Origin: a virus
Taxonomy: Duplodnaviria; Caudoviricetes
Strand: one strand, 5' to 3'
Length of the DNA: 64,000 nucleotides
Virus record (IMG/VR): IMGVR_UViG_3300031993_000007
Shown here: piece after piece, positions 19,069 to 30,029 of the stretch
How the letters are laid out: every line of letters begins with the position of its first letter
How positions within the stretch are numbered: position 1 is the first letter of the stretch
Notes under the pieces: model-generated
What the model saw: only the letters and a program-made list of their open reading frames with translations
Told to the model about the DNA's origin: nothing
The model's database searches: none
Program-made: the position numbers and the translations under genes

Positions 19069-19638
19069 ATGAAACGCACCATTGTTGTCTTCGACATGTT
19101 ATACCTTCTTGCTTTCAGCAGGGAGTCAGACTTTGACAAAATTCTTACAGGTTTAGCCCAAGCTAAGGCTAAGCCTATTTATTCGCCGTTTCAAGCTTTG
19201 AATGAATACAGCGGAACGGAACAGATTGTAAGCATAGATGCCTACTTTGATTATCAGCCTGACTACACGGGAGAAGTCGTCGAAAAATTCTCTTGGCTGA
19301 ATCTTGTCTTAGGCACAGTCGCATGGACTTATCCGTGGGATATATTACCTAAAGATGCAATCGAGAAATGGTCTATGGATAGGAACGTTAAAGATGGCGG
19401 CAAAGTGCGATGTATCCGCAAGAGCTATCCGTCTCAAGACTTGCTAAATTCAAGTAATGTCTTCATAGAATTTAGTAAGTACACCTATAACAGATTGCCA
19501 AGGCCAGCTAAGGATTATATCCGAAGCGAGGGCTTGATCCCTATCAACGCCGATCGTCTTGAGCCAATGCAATTTGACTCTGATAAAGACTTTGGACAAG
19601 AAATTTTTAACCCTTATTCCTACTTCAGCAAGGTATAA
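19069..19638 (+). CDS. Hypothetical protein
   Basis: 189 aa; AACAGACTATTG at 19036-19047; abuts sbcC. Confidence 0.65.
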   Translation: MKRTIVVFDMLYLLAFSRESDFDKILTGLAQAKAKPIYSPFQALNEYSGTEQIVSIDAYFDYQPDYTGEVVEKFSWLNLVLGTVAWTYPWDILPKDAIEKWSMDRNVKDGGKVRCIRKSYPSQDLLNSSNVFIEFSKYTYNRLPRPAKDYIRSEGLIPINADRLEPMQFDSDKDFGQEIFNPYSYFSKV

Positions 19639-19640
19639 CC

Positions 19641-22427
19641 ATGAAAATCACCCACGCAAGATTTGAAAACTTTGCAGGTTTCTTGACCGGAATGAACCTC
19701 AAGGTTTTGGAATTGGACTTTGAAAACAATGCAGGCCCTAATTCTATCAACATGATCTTCGGTCGTAATTATAGCGGCAAGAGCTGTTTGGTATCTGTCT
19801 TACAACCGTTTCCGGGAACTAATGACAACCGTAAAAACATCATCGTAGACAAGACTGACGGACGTAAGACTATCGAATTCCTCCGTGAAGATGGAAAGAG
19901 ATTCAAGATTGATATCCGCTATCTATACGATGCCAAGGAAAATGAGCATAAAGAAAAGTGCCATTTCTATGCTCAAGAAGGCGAGAACTGGAAAAATCTC
20001 AATCCGTCTGGCAGAATCACCTCGTATACCGATCTGGTAGAAGAACATCTTAGGGTCACAAAAGACTACTTCACAGTAGGTCGCATCGGTGGTGTAAGCA
20101 ATTTTATCGATCTGTCTAAGAGCAATCGTAAGAAATACATCGCTAACTTCCTGCCGGATATAGATCCGTATCTGAAGATCCACAAGACAGCTGGAGAAAA
20201 GTATACTGCTCTTAAAAAGAGTATGACTACCTTTAGCGATGAGCTTATTAAGCTTCAACCTGCTGAAATTTGTGCAGCTTCTATCATAGACACCGAGTCT
20301 AAGCTTGAAGAAAAGAATGCAGCGCTTGGAAAGGAACAGACTAAGTATGGATCTCACAAGGGCGTTATTGACCATATTCTTTCTGAGACTGATGCCACTA
20401 TTCCAGAACTCCGTGACTTTGCCAGAACTGGTGTTAATCCTTTCGAAAAGCAACACAAGGAATTGTCTGAAAAAGTTGCCCTGATGGAGAGCGCTCTTCC
20501 CGACAATTTTAATGAGGTCACTAATGCCGCTGAATTGGCTTCTTTGAAATCTGAACTTGAAAGCAATAAAATCGCTCTGTCTAGAGCCGAAGCTAACGAA
20601 GTCAATGCTAAGAGCGCTCTCGTTGGAGCAGAAGACAACCTAAATAGCATTAAGGCTGACTTGGCTGCTATTGAGAACCAGAATCGGGAATATCAGAACC
20701 AGAAAGAGACCGTAGAACGTCTTAAGTCTGAAGTAGAAGAAGACAAGAAGAGTATCCGTAAGGAATTCTCCTCTCCGAAGTTTAACAGATTCTCCAACTA
20801 CGGAATTCGTGAGATTGAAACTCTCAAGAGAGAAACTACCGAAGCTCGTCGTCTGATTAACGATATTCGCCGATCCGCCGAAGATGCTGGTATTAATGGC
20901 ATTGATTACTTTAACAAGGCAGAAATTGATAAGGCCTTGTTTGACAGCCGTAACGTCATTAAGGCCCATGAAAAGGTTGCTGAAAGGGTTGCTGAGTATC
21001 AGGCTAGAATTCCGGATCTTCAGAAGGCTATCAAGCTTGAAGAAGTCTTGGATAAGCGTCCAGCTAGCTGCCGAAATGATGAATGCCCGTTTATTGCAGC
21101 TGCTCTGAATTCAAAGGGTAGTAAGGCCGAACTGAGCCGTATCAAAATCTTCCTTGAGAGTGATGACGTTCGTAACCACGATGCCAATGAAGCTCAAGTA
21201 GAGATTGAGCGTCGTAAGTTTGCATTTCTTGAAAGCTTTGGCAAGATTTACGAAGACTTCCGTGCGTCTTGTAAGAAGATGCTCAGTCTCCGTCTTGTGA
21301 CCAAAATCCAGGAAATCATTGATATCCCTGAACGATTTGTGGAAATAGTTAATAGCTCCGAATTCGATTTGAAGGATGCCTTTGATATCTCTGATATTGA
21401 CGCTTTTGTCACTAGCCAAGTGAATTACCAAGAGAAGTCCAGACTTCTGAGCGAAGCTGTTAAGGTTCTGAACGGCATGAAGAGTGTTGAAACCTTTGTG
21501 GCTTCTAACACTGATAAGAAGACTCAGGCCGAAACTGAACTAAAGAAGGCCGCAGAAAAGCTCAACGAAGCTACAGGACAGGTGGTCATCCTTCGTGATA
21601 CTATTGCTGAGATCCTGAGCAAGATTTCTAAGCTGGAACTAGCCGAAACTGCCTTCAAGCGTATCGCAGAAAAGAAAGATGAGCTTGAAAAACTTCAGAC
21701 TAAGATTCAGCTCATGACCGGATATGTCAGCCAGATTGAGACTAACCGTAATGCGATGCTAGAGTCTAACAAGGCTTTGTCTGTCTTGAGGGATGAAATT
21801 CGTGACCTTGAAAAGATCCGTGACGAATGGAATATCCAGATCAACAAGCGCAAAGAGCTTGAAGAAAAGATCGCAAAGATTGAAGCGGAATTCAGGACTG
21901 TCGATATTGTCAAGAGAGCTACGGACACCGTCAAGGGAATTCCTATCTATCTAATTGATACATACCTTGAAGACATTCGCATTCGGGCTAATCACCTTTT
22001 GGATCTTACTTTCCACGGTGGATTTAGGCTCGACAAGTTTGTCATTGACGAAAAAGAATTCGCCATTCCAGTTATCAAGGGTGATGGAAGCCGTCTTAAA
22101 GACTGTCTGGAAGGCTCCGGCGCAGAACAGTCTTTCATCAAGGAAGCTATCTCGTTTGCGATCATTGAAAAGGCTATCAAGGGTTACAACATCATAAGTC
22201 TTGACGAAGTTGACGGAGTTCTTGATGCCAACAACCGCATGGGATTCATCAAGATGCTCAAGCAGCAGATTGAGGAGCTTGGAGTCGAGCAGGTTTTCAT
22301 TATCAGCCATGTTCGTGAATTCCTGAATGATGATTTGAACCTCATCTTGCTCCGAGACCACGGAATTGAAACTGACGACGAAGTCTTTATGTCCAATAAG
22401 CACGTTGTTTTCAATTTCTATGCGTAA
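19641..22427 (+). CDS. sbcC: SbcC/Rad50-like SMC ATPase
   Basis: GRNYSGKS Walker A, long coiled coil with central C-x4-C, SGAEQ signature, LDEVDGVLD, ISH. Confidence 0.92.
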   Translation: MKITHARFENFAGFLTGMNLKVLELDFENNAGPNSINMIFGRNYSGKSCLVSVLQPFPGTNDNRKNIIVDKTDGRKTIEFLREDGKRFKIDIRYLYDAKENEHKEKCHFYAQEGENWKNLNPSGRITSYTDLVEEHLRVTKDYFTVGRIGGVSNFIDLSKSNRKKYIANFLPDIDPYLKIHKTAGEKYTALKKSMTTFSDELIKLQPAEICAASIIDTESKLEEKNAALGKEQTKYGSHKGVIDHILSETDATIPELRDFARTGVNPFEKQHKELSEKVALMESALPDNFNEVTNAAELASLKSELESNKIALSRAEANEVNAKSALVGAEDNLNSIKADLAAIENQNREYQNQKETVERLKSEVEEDKKSIRKEFSSPKFNRFSNYGIREIETLKRETTEARRLINDIRRSAEDAGINGIDYFNKAEIDKALFDSRNVIKAHEKVAERVAEYQARIPDLQKAIKLEEVLDKRPASCRNDECPFIAAALNSKGSKAELSRIKIFLESDDVRNHDANEAQVEIERRKFAFLESFGKIYEDFRASCKKMLSLRLVTKIQEIIDIPERFVEIVNSSEFDLKDAFDISDIDAFVTSQVNYQEKSRLLSEAVKVLNGMKSVETFVASNTDKKTQAETELKKAAEKLNEATGQVVILRDTIAEILSKISKLELAETAFKRIAEKKDELEKLQTKIQLMTGYVSQIETNRNAMLESNKALSVLRDEIRDLEKIRDEWNIQINKRKELEEKIAKIEAEFRTVDIVKRATDTVKGIPIYLIDTYLEDIRIRANHLLDLTFHGGFRLDKFVIDEKEFAIPVIKGDGSRLKDCLEGSGAEQSFIKEAISFAIIEKAIKGYNIISLDEVDGVLDANNRMGFIKMLKQQIEELGVEQVFIISHVREFLNDDLNLILLRDHGIETDDEVFMSNKHVVFNFYA

Positions 22428-22462
22428 GCTTATATTAAGCTATGTATCCCAAAGAGGTAAAA

Positions 22463-24298
22463 ATGGAAAAATTCCTGTTAGAAATAACAACAGATGGCAT
22501 AAATGATGGAACCCAGAATCTAGACGAGATCCTGAAAAGGGTTATGGACTACATTCTGGTTCCTGATCATGTTTCAGAACACAAAGCTTGTACTTGTACA
22601 ATTGACGGTACTGAAATGCGATTGGGAAAGCTTGTTCCGAACTTGTTCTTCCTGAGAATATTGCAAAAGTATGGTATTCCCATTGAAGCTTCGGACTTCT
22701 TCGATTTCGTTGAGGCCAAGCAGCTTGAGAATTACATTAACAAGATTTCTGAGAAAGCAGAAGTTTACAAGGACAACATTGACCTTGAAACTCTGAAGGC
22801 CGAGCTCACAAAGTCTATTGTAGAGCTGTCCGACTTCACTGTAAAGGTTAACACCCTTGTTGGCATCACAGTGAATTTGTCTTCCCTTGGTCAACTGGCA
22901 GCTAGAAACCCGAAGATCAAGGAACTGCTGAACTTCACCATTCCGGAAGGTTTGGAGCTTAACGATATTGAAAAAACTGTTGACGAACATGTTAAGGCTA
23001 TTAACGAAATTCTGAAGAAAGAGGAAAGTGTCTACAGGCCGCTTCTGCTCGGAGGTGCTGTTAATGCCCGTCAGCTTGGTCAGACGTTTGTAAATGTCGG
23101 CTTGAAGCCGGATATTGAAGGAAATGTTATCCCTGAACCAGTTAACACCAGTTTCATCCGTGGTCTCAGGGGTAGGCAGGACTTCAAGACATGTGCAATC
23201 GGAGCTAGAAAGGCTCTGGTTATCTCTCATAAGCAGGTGCGAAACAGTGGTTATCTTTCTAGAAAGCTGCTTCTGCTTGCTGGGGAAACACAGCTGGATA
23301 CAACTTGTGAATGCTGTAACACTAAGCACTTCTTGCCAGTGGACTTCAAGACTGAAGATGTCTATAAGAGATTCGTTGGCAGGTATACCTCGGACGGCAC
23401 TCTGATTACCGAGGATCCTGAACAGATGAAGTCCTTTATAGGACGGACAGTCGAAATGCGTTCTCCGATTACTTGCGCATCTCCAACTGGAATTTGTAAG
23501 AAGTGCTATGGCGACCTATGGAAATTCAATGTCGAATACAATATCGGCATTATCTCCGTGCTGTTGCTAACTAATCAGCTTACACAGATGTTGTTGTCCT
23601 CTAAGCATCTTCTCATGGCTAAAACAGAGAAGATTGAATGGAGTCCTGAATTTGAAAGGGCATTCTCGATCGACAAGAACGAGGTATACCCGAACTTGGA
23701 AACTACGAAGATCGCAATCGCTGTATCAGATGTCTATGAAGACGATGAAGGTGACTTGTTTACCAACCGCTTCTCTGCTAAGGTTGCTAACAAGAAAGTC
23801 GTCATTACCACACCGAAAAAGATGTTCCTTAATAAGGAAGATGCGAAAAAGTTTGAGACCGAGCCTAAGGAAGTGCAGCTTTATGTAGATAACAATGAAA
23901 GCTGCTTCTTCATGAAGACAAGGAATATCGAGCTTGGAAGCACCTTGGCAGCATTGATCGACCTTCTCCAGAAGCCCAGCCACGGCGGATTTGATAATGA
24001 TTGGGTAGGCATAGCTAACAGCTTTATCGACAAAGTTTCGGAAAGCAAGTTGACACTTATGGCCGTCCATGCAGAAGTCATTCTCCGGTGTCTGGTGAAG
24101 TCCATAGAGACAGAACGATTCCCAGATTGGTCTCAGGATGAAGCTCCGGCGGTGTTCGTGGATTATGTGTCTAACGCAATCATGAACTCTGAAGAGCTTT
24201 CGACATCGTTGAGCTTCGAACAAATCAAGAAGCAGCTTAACAATGTCAAGACATATGAGAAAACAAAGGCGGGTATCTATGATCCGCTGTTCGTTTAA
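22463..24298 (+). CDS. rpoC: RNA polymerase beta' subunit, C-terminal half (non-virion type)
   Basis: Bridge helix GARKAL...SGYLSRKL; RSPITC...ICKKCYG; trigger-loop region QLTQMLLSSKH; GAGG RBS; TATATTA at 22431. Confidence 0.88.
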   Translation: MEKFLLEITTDGINDGTQNLDEILKRVMDYILVPDHVSEHKACTCTIDGTEMRLGKLVPNLFFLRILQKYGIPIEASDFFDFVEAKQLENYINKISEKAEVYKDNIDLETLKAELTKSIVELSDFTVKVNTLVGITVNLSSLGQLAARNPKIKELLNFTIPEGLELNDIEKTVDEHVKAINEILKKEESVYRPLLLGGAVNARQLGQTFVNVGLKPDIEGNVIPEPVNTSFIRGLRGRQDFKTCAIGARKALVISHKQVRNSGYLSRKLLLLAGETQLDTTCECCNTKHFLPVDFKTEDVYKRFVGRYTSDGTLITEDPEQMKSFIGRTVEMRSPITCASPTGICKKCYGDLWKFNVEYNIGIISVLLLTNQLTQMLLSSKHLLMAKTEKIEWSPEFERAFSIDKNEVYPNLETTKIAIAVSDVYEDDEGDLFTNRFSAKVANKKVVITTPKKMFLNKEDAKKFETEPKEVQLYVDNNESCFFMKTRNIELGSTLAALIDLLQKPSHGGFDNDWVGIANSFIDKVSESKLTLMAVHAEVILRCLVKSIETERFPDWSQDEAPAVFVDYVSNAIMNSEELSTSLSFEQIKKQLNNVKTYEKTKAGIYDPLFV

Positions 24299-24486
24299 TG
24301 GAGACAACAATGGCTAAAAGTAATCTTAAGAAGCATTACAAGAAACAGGAAGAAGTCCTTGGCAAAGCCATCGATAATACTGCAAGTAGCCTTACAAGCG
24401 TTGCTAGTGGTCTGATTGGAGGCTTGCTCTCAGCGGCTGCTGAGACTGTAAAGGAAAGCTTGTTCAAGAATGACGAAGAAGATTAG
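24298..24486 (+). CDS. Hypothetical protein
   Basis: 62 aa, coupled to the rpoC stop. Confidence 0.5.
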   Translation: METTMAKSNLKKHYKKQEEVLGKAIDNTASSLTSVASGLIGGLLSAAAETVKESLFKNDEED

Positions 24487-24556
24487 AACCTAAGCAGGGT
24501 TGTCATGGCTAGAAATAGCTGTGGCAATCTTTATTTTTTAACACGAGGATAAATCA

Positions 24557-24676
24557 ATGAGTAACAAAGAAGATTTCACCGTTGCAAATGAAGATGTGAA
24601 GCTCTCTCAAGAACTTCCCAAGGAAATCAAAAAAGAAATTGCTGCCGAAAAGTCCAAGAAGGATAATGATAAGTAA
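24557..24676 (+). CDS. Small charged peptide (39 aa, absent from ORF track)
   Basis: GAGG RBS, MSNKEDFTVANEDVKL...; overlaps helicase ATG at 24666. Confidence 0.45.
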   Translation: MSNKEDFTVANEDVKLSQELPKEIKKEIAAEKSKKDNDK

Positions 24677-26174
24677 TCCTATTGGGGCTCAAGCAGCCCC
24701 TTCTTTAGGCAAACAGGTAGTAGTTCGCAATACCAGAATTGATCTGGTAAATGTTTCACGGTCTGATGTGGCAGCAATCAGTAAGTATCTGACCGTCTAT
24801 GACAGCTACTCCAAATGGCCAAGAGTACTCTGGAGAGCCGTAACGGAACGCCAAGATGACAAGAACAACTATGTGGCATCTGTTCCAAGATACATTCCTA
24901 AGCGTATATTTTCAGAGTGCATTAACAATGGCTTTGAACTGGTCAGAGACACTTCCGATGCTATAGATCCAGGCCAAAATCTTGAAATTAACTTTTCTGG
25001 AACCCCTAAGGGCGATCTTCAAAATCGAGCTATCTCGTATATGTTCGACAATGATTGGAAATTCAGAGAACCTACACGAATTCTTGATCTTCCGGTCGGA
25101 GAAGGAAAGACCTTCTTGGCTTTATATGCTATGTCTATCTTAAAGAGAAAGCCTTTGATCATCGTCCACAAGGTTCCGATGATAGACACTCCTTGGAAGA
25201 AAGACATCCAGAAATTTACCGATATCAGAGCCGAAGAAATCGGTATCATCCAAGGTGAAGACTCCTTTGCAAAGCTATTGAAGCATCCAGAGAAATACAA
25301 GGCTTTCATAGCGGTTCATCGCACGATTGAAAATTTCCTAAACCGAAACGGGGCTTATGAAGCCTTCCGTGAGCTTATCAGTAAACTCAGAATAGGATTT
25401 ACGATCATCGATGAAGCTCACAAAGAACTGCTTAGCTCTTTCTTCATTTCCATGTATAATCCCTGCCCATTTAGTCTGTACATTACAGCAACACTGGGCC
25501 GAACCGATTATCAAGAAGCTAAAGTGTTCAATGTGCTCTTGCCTATCGATCATAGCTTTGCATCTAACAATTACGTCTCTACACGAAAGTTTGTAACCTA
25601 CTGTCCACGTCCATTTTCTAGTCATCCTTCAGAGAAATGGATCAAGACAATGGCTAATGCTACTGGAGTGAAGATGAATTTGTATTGCAACTATCTCTGC
25701 GAAGATGAGGAAGCAATTACTAATCTTTACAACGGGATCACTACTGCCATTAAGGATACTCTCAAGGCAGATCCAACTGCTAAGATCGCAATCTTGCTTG
25801 GAACCTTGGAGCTTGTACAACTGATCCGTGACGGTCTGGTAGAAGACTTTGGTGACGGCGCTATCGGAAACTTTACGAGCTTAATTCCTGTCAAACAGCG
25901 AGTAAAGGAACTTGAGAAGCAGATTATCGTGTCTACTGAAAAGAGTATGGATTCCGCTCTTGATACCGAAGTCAGTTCGATTATCATGTGTGTTCCGGTA
26001 ACTAGCGAAGTTCAGCTCACTCAGATCATTGGCCGAATCCGCTACAAGGAAGACAAGCCTAATCGTAAGTATCTGGTATACGACGTGTTTGATACCTCCT
26101 TTAAAAAGACGCTTAACAATTTCAAGCAGCGTTCTAAGGTTATCAAACGAGACATCAGTGTCGAAGTAGCTTAA
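24666..26174 (+). CDS. Superfamily 2 helicase (UvsW-like)
   Basis: LPVGEGKT, IIDEAH, TATLGR, QIIGRIR. Confidence 0.88.
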   Translation: MISNPIGAQAAPSLGKQVVVRNTRIDLVNVSRSDVAAISKYLTVYDSYSKWPRVLWRAVTERQDDKNNYVASVPRYIPKRIFSECINNGFELVRDTSDAIDPGQNLEINFSGTPKGDLQNRAISYMFDNDWKFREPTRILDLPVGEGKTFLALYAMSILKRKPLIIVHKVPMIDTPWKKDIQKFTDIRAEEIGIIQGEDSFAKLLKHPEKYKAFIAVHRTIENFLNRNGAYEAFRELISKLRIGFTIIDEAHKELLSSFFISMYNPCPFSLYITATLGRTDYQEAKVFNVLLPIDHSFASNNYVSTRKFVTYCPRPFSSHPSEKWIKTMANATGVKMNLYCNYLCEDEEAITNLYNGITTAIKDTLKADPTAKIAILLGTLELVQLIRDGLVEDFGDGAIGNFTSLIPVKQRVKELEKQIIVSTEKSMDSALDTEVSSIIMCVPVTSEVQLTQIIGRIRYKEDKPNRKYLVYDVFDTSFKKTLNNFKQRSKVIKRDISVEVA

Positions 26175-26235
26175 ATCTCGGGAAGCATATGCTTCCCGAT
26201 TTTCAACACTTTATTGAATAAATCCAAGGTAGATT

Positions 26236-27240
26236 ATGTTTTTAGATATTAAAGCCCCTTTGTCTTTTGAAGAAAAGATGATTCAATTCAAATCTGGTTT
26301 AAGCATATCAACGTTCCTTAGCAACGTATGCGACAGACTCAACAGTAACGGATCCGATATCATTCCTCCTCAGCAACCGATCGGTAATGGTCAGCCTGCT
26401 CCAGAGAATACCGCTAGAGAGAAACTTGAAAAGCACTGGAGAGAAGTCATCCGTAATGCTTCCGATCTATTGGCAGAAAACCAAGATCTAAAGGAAAAGT
26501 TCCAGAAGACTGCGGTTGACGACCAGATGAAGAAGGCACAATCCGACCAAGAATTCATCAAGGAAAACTCTGAAGCTATTACTGATATTGACCAGCAAGT
26601 GCCGGATGGTGCTATTGCTCATATTGATCCGTACATTTTGCAGATCAAGGGTCAAAAGATGGACTTCAGCCGAGTCTTGTCTTCGTTTATGTCGGAATAC
26701 CTACTTCCTAAGTTTACCTTGATTTCTAGTGGAAGGGTTAAAGAAGCAGGTCTGGAAGACTGGGAAGCTGCCTTTTGGAAGGCTGCATCCAATTCTGGGC
26801 AGAAACCCGATACTTCTGAAACGGATCTTCCGATTGACGCTGATCTTTGGAATTCCTGTCGAGAGCTGTTTGGCCTTGAAGGCGCTACAGAAATTCGTCG
26901 TACTGTAGATCCTCTTGAAGGTTTCAATGAGAAGGTTCACAAGTACGCCAATGCAGCTATCAGTAAGCTTACCATGACTCTGGTCGATGTTACATCGGCA
27001 GAGCCGAAGGCTAAGCCTGGGTCGCTTGAAGTTCAAGGAAACAATCTTAAGCGCTACATAGAACTTTCTACAGAAATCAGTCAGGCTTATCAGCTGCTTC
27101 TGAAGCTTTGTACCGACAAGTATAATGTAGCCAGTAGTGTTGTTCGCAGTGTGACGTTGTATTACCAACAGATACAGAACAACAGCAATGCCAAGACTAA
27201 AGAAGAAGTAGCTTCTGAAATGGCTGCACTACAATTTTAA
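26236..27240 (+). CDS. Putative internal head protein
   Basis: Late-type motif at 26205-26216; MFLD start similar to neighbouring MYLDNI paralogs. Confidence 0.5.
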   Translation: MFLDIKAPLSFEEKMIQFKSGLSISTFLSNVCDRLNSNGSDIIPPQQPIGNGQPAPENTAREKLEKHWREVIRNASDLLAENQDLKEKFQKTAVDDQMKKAQSDQEFIKENSEAITDIDQQVPDGAIAHIDPYILQIKGQKMDFSRVLSSFMSEYLLPKFTLISSGRVKEAGLEDWEAAFWKAASNSGQKPDTSETDLPIDADLWNSCRELFGLEGATEIRRTVDPLEGFNEKVHKYANAAISKLTMTLVDVTSAEPKAKPGSLEVQGNNLKRYIELSTEISQAYQLLLKLCTDKYNVASSVVRSVTLYYQQIQNNSNAKTKEEVASEMAALQF

Positions 27241-27245
27241 AATAT

Positions 27246-27269
27246 CCCGATATCCTTATGGATATCGGG
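27246..27269. terminator. Bidirectional hairpin between convergent genes
   Basis: cccgatatcc-ttat-ggatatcggg. Confidence 0.65.
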
Positions 27270-27276
27270 TAAATTT

Positions 27277-28581
27277 TTAGAAGTCAAAGATGTGAGAGAA
27301 GTCCTGGACATTATCAGAAGTCTGCTGAGTATTGTTTGCAGGAGCTTCGTTGTTCTGCTGGGCGTTTGCATCCGGCGGAACCTGTTCTCTCGGAGCATTT
27401 GCTGCTTCAGGATTGAGCTTATAACAATCCATGACTTCTTTAACAAGACGGATAACGTTCGATGTACACCTCTGAGCAGCGGTGTCAACACGAACAATCA
27501 TCTTGATATAGATCGTATAGACTTTGCGGCATTCGGACATCGCAGTACGAATGGCTTGAACCTTTCCGGAGTCCTTAGCAGCGTATGCCCCGTTGAATCC
27601 AGAAGAAAGCAGACGACCAGTAGTGTCAATTCCTCTCTTAGAACGGTCAATAGCGCTGATAACGGCATTAGCCTGCTTTTCAATATTGCCATTCGTAACG
27701 GTCTTAAGCATATTCCAAGCAGTGTTCAAGTCAGGAACAGTACTGTACTTCTTTGTCTCGCCGATAGCTCTCGCTGCATCTTCAAGCTTTTCCATATTTT
27801 CACGGAATTGCTGATCCTCGTTCATGAAGTCTTCGACGGTGTAGATCTTGCCTTCTTCAGTTTTGGCGTTAGCAAGACTTTCAGTTTTTTGACCGGATGC
27901 AGCGGCAGCTTGTGCGCCAGCAGCCTTACCAGCTTCATGTCTTGCTCCAGTAACTTGACCAGCTTTTGCTGCAAGACTTGCTCGAACCGATTTATCGAAC
28001 CTTTCACGGAAGCCAGTTCCCAAAGCGTTGGTAATAGCTGTAATCAGCTTCATGAAAAGCGTCTTAGCACCACCGACCGCCTTCTTGTTTTGGGCATCCT
28101 GCGTTTCTTGAACAGTATTTGCACCACAAAGGATTTCATCGAAATTCATGGGGCCAAATTCAATTTCTTTAAAAGCCTTTTCCTTTTCAGGATCTAGAGT
28201 CTGACGACCTTGGGTCTCCGTCATATTCTTAAGCTTGGATTCAAGACCCACCTTTGCAGCCCAGTTAGAAACACGGAGTACAAAGTTGTGAATACGACCC
28301 GGCACAGTCTGAATATAAGCCGTAATCTTAGAAGCAACGGCCTTGAGAATTTCCATCAGCTTGCGAATAACAGCCTGGATCTTGCTCCAGAAAGAAGCAT
28401 CTTCGGCTTCCATACCAAGATGGTAGTTACGGAATTCGATGGCCAAGAGTTCCGAATCAGCATTAGTTTCTGCTTCACGCAAGGAAATGATAGATTCCAG
28501 GCATTCAGCATACGTAGCACTCTTAAAGTCAGAGCCAGTAGCCAGCGAGAGAACTTTCGAAGGAATATTATCTAGATACAT
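27277..28581 (-). CDS. Internal head protein paralog 1
   Basis: MYLDNI start; GME then FWSKIQAVIRKLMEILK amphipathic helix, as in phiKZ-type internal head proteins. Confidence 0.7.
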   Translation of the reverse strand: MYLDNIPSKVLSLATGSDFKSATYAECLESIISLREAETNADSELLAIEFRNYHLGMEAEDASFWSKIQAVIRKLMEILKAVASKITAYIQTVPGRIHNFVLRVSNWAAKVGLESKLKNMTETQGRQTLDPEKEKAFKEIEFGPMNFDEILCGANTVQETQDAQNKKAVGGAKTLFMKLITAITNALGTGFRERFDKSVRASLAAKAGQVTGARHEAGKAAGAQAAAASGQKTESLANAKTEEGKIYTVEDFMNEDQQFRENMEKLEDAARAIGETKKYSTVPDLNTAWNMLKTVTNGNIEKQANAVISAIDRSKRGIDTTGRLLSSGFNGAYAAKDSGKVQAIRTAMSECRKVYTIYIKMIVRVDTAAQRCTSNVIRLVKEVMDCYKLNPEAANAPREQVPPDANAQQNNEAPANNTQQTSDNVQDFSHIFDF

Positions 28582-28650
28582 ATAATACCTTTGGTTAAAC
28601 AATAAAAAGTTGCATATGCCATAAGACATATGCAACTTTGTTTGTAAAGA

Positions 28651-29955
28651 TTACATTCGGAGGAAAGCAGCAAAATCTGGATCCTTAGAAACAGATTGCA
28701 TATCTTCTTCCATTTGACGGATGCGTTCGTCTACTTCCTTGCGGTGTTCGACATCGGCAGCACTCAGATTAGAATTGCTAACAGGTTTTCCTTTCCCATT
28801 AGGCTTCTGCTGTTTGCTTTCCTTAGAGTTGATTTTCTCATTGGAAATATTCGTCTTTCCCGGCTTGTTGTCGTCAGAATCCTTGCCAGAGACATAGCAC
28901 TTGATGGCTTCATTGAGCATCTTTGCAATGTTCAAGGCACAGGAAGCGTAAAGCTTAGCAAAGAACCCGTCGGCAATAATGATACCAACGGTGAGCTTGT
29001 TCATAGCCTTAAGCTCGGCAATCAAAGCCTTGATACCATCTTCATCATCATTCTTGTAAAGAGTGTCGAAGGTCTTGCTAGCATTTTTATGCTTGCGATC
29101 AAGGTATTCAATGACACGAGTGAAACGGACAGAAAGCTTCTCGTACTTTTTGGCAATTTCGTTGTTCTTTACGCAAGAGAACCATTCCATGATCTTCGCT
29201 TCAGAAACTTCGTTTTCTTTAGAACGGTCACGATCCATTGTATCAGAAATTGCATTCTGAACAATGGACATAACGGATTCCTTGAAAGCTTCCTTCGGAT
29301 CGAAAGCCGCATCCTTATCGACATCAGCATAGGAATCAGCCAAGTGCTTGACGAAACTATCTGCAATGGTAGTGTCAAATGTAGACAGACCAAACAATCC
29401 GGAAAGGAAAGCCTTAGCCTTCTCACGAGTAGTGCCAAAATTGCTAGTCATCTCATTGATGAACTTAGCAGCTTTTGGATCGCTATCCAGAGCTTTGTAA
29501 GCAGCATCAACAGCTTCTTCGATGATGTTCGGATTCTGAATGCCCCAATCAGACTGTTTGAAAGATTCCGCAGCATCCTTATCAAGGTGAACGATCTTTT
29601 TTGCCAGATTGGTCTTAAGGTTTTTGACACGACCTTCAACGCCACGCTTTACCCACATGGTATAGATCTTCTTGCAAAGAGTAATGATCCTAACCGGAAG
29701 AGAAGCCATCCAAGCGGCCATCTTAGTGATAATGCGCTTGAGGTTTTCCCAAATTTTATGGAAGAAAGCTTTGATCTTCGGCCACCAATCAGAAACGGCT
29801 TCAGAACCAAGAGTACGCTTTGCAAACTCGGAAGAGATGGCAAAAGCCTCAGAAGCGTAGATAGCTTCGCTAGTTTCAATGCAGTCCATCAAGATCTCAG
29901 AATAGGAGACATTGGTGTCTGCGGGTTTAGAAATCAAAATGTTGTCAAGATACAT
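28651..29955 (-). CDS. Internal head protein paralog 2
   Basis: MYLDNI start; LGSE then WWPKIKAFFHKIWENLK. Confidence 0.7.
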   Translation of the reverse strand: MYLDNILISKPADTNVSYSEILMDCIETSEAIYASEAFAISSEFAKRTLGSEAVSDWWPKIKAFFHKIWENLKRIITKMAAWMASLPVRIITLCKKIYTMWVKRGVEGRVKNLKTNLAKKIVHLDKDAAESFKQSDWGIQNPNIIEEAVDAAYKALDSDPKAAKFINEMTSNFGTTREKAKAFLSGLFGLSTFDTTIADSFVKHLADSYADVDKDAAFDPKEAFKESVMSIVQNAISDTMDRDRSKENEVSEAKIMEWFSCVKNNEIAKKYEKLSVRFTRVIEYLDRKHKNASKTFDTLYKNDDEDGIKALIAELKAMNKLTVGIIIADGFFAKLYASCALNIAKMLNEAIKCYVSGKDSDDNKPGKTNISNEKINSKESKQQKPNGKGKPVSNSNLSAADVEHRKEVDERIRQMEEDMQSVSKDPDFAAFLRM

Positions 29956-30029
29956 GATAAACCTCTAAAAAGACCCAGACAGACGAATCTGTCTGGGTTT
30001 TAGACTAAAACGGTTTTGCAGTAGCCTTA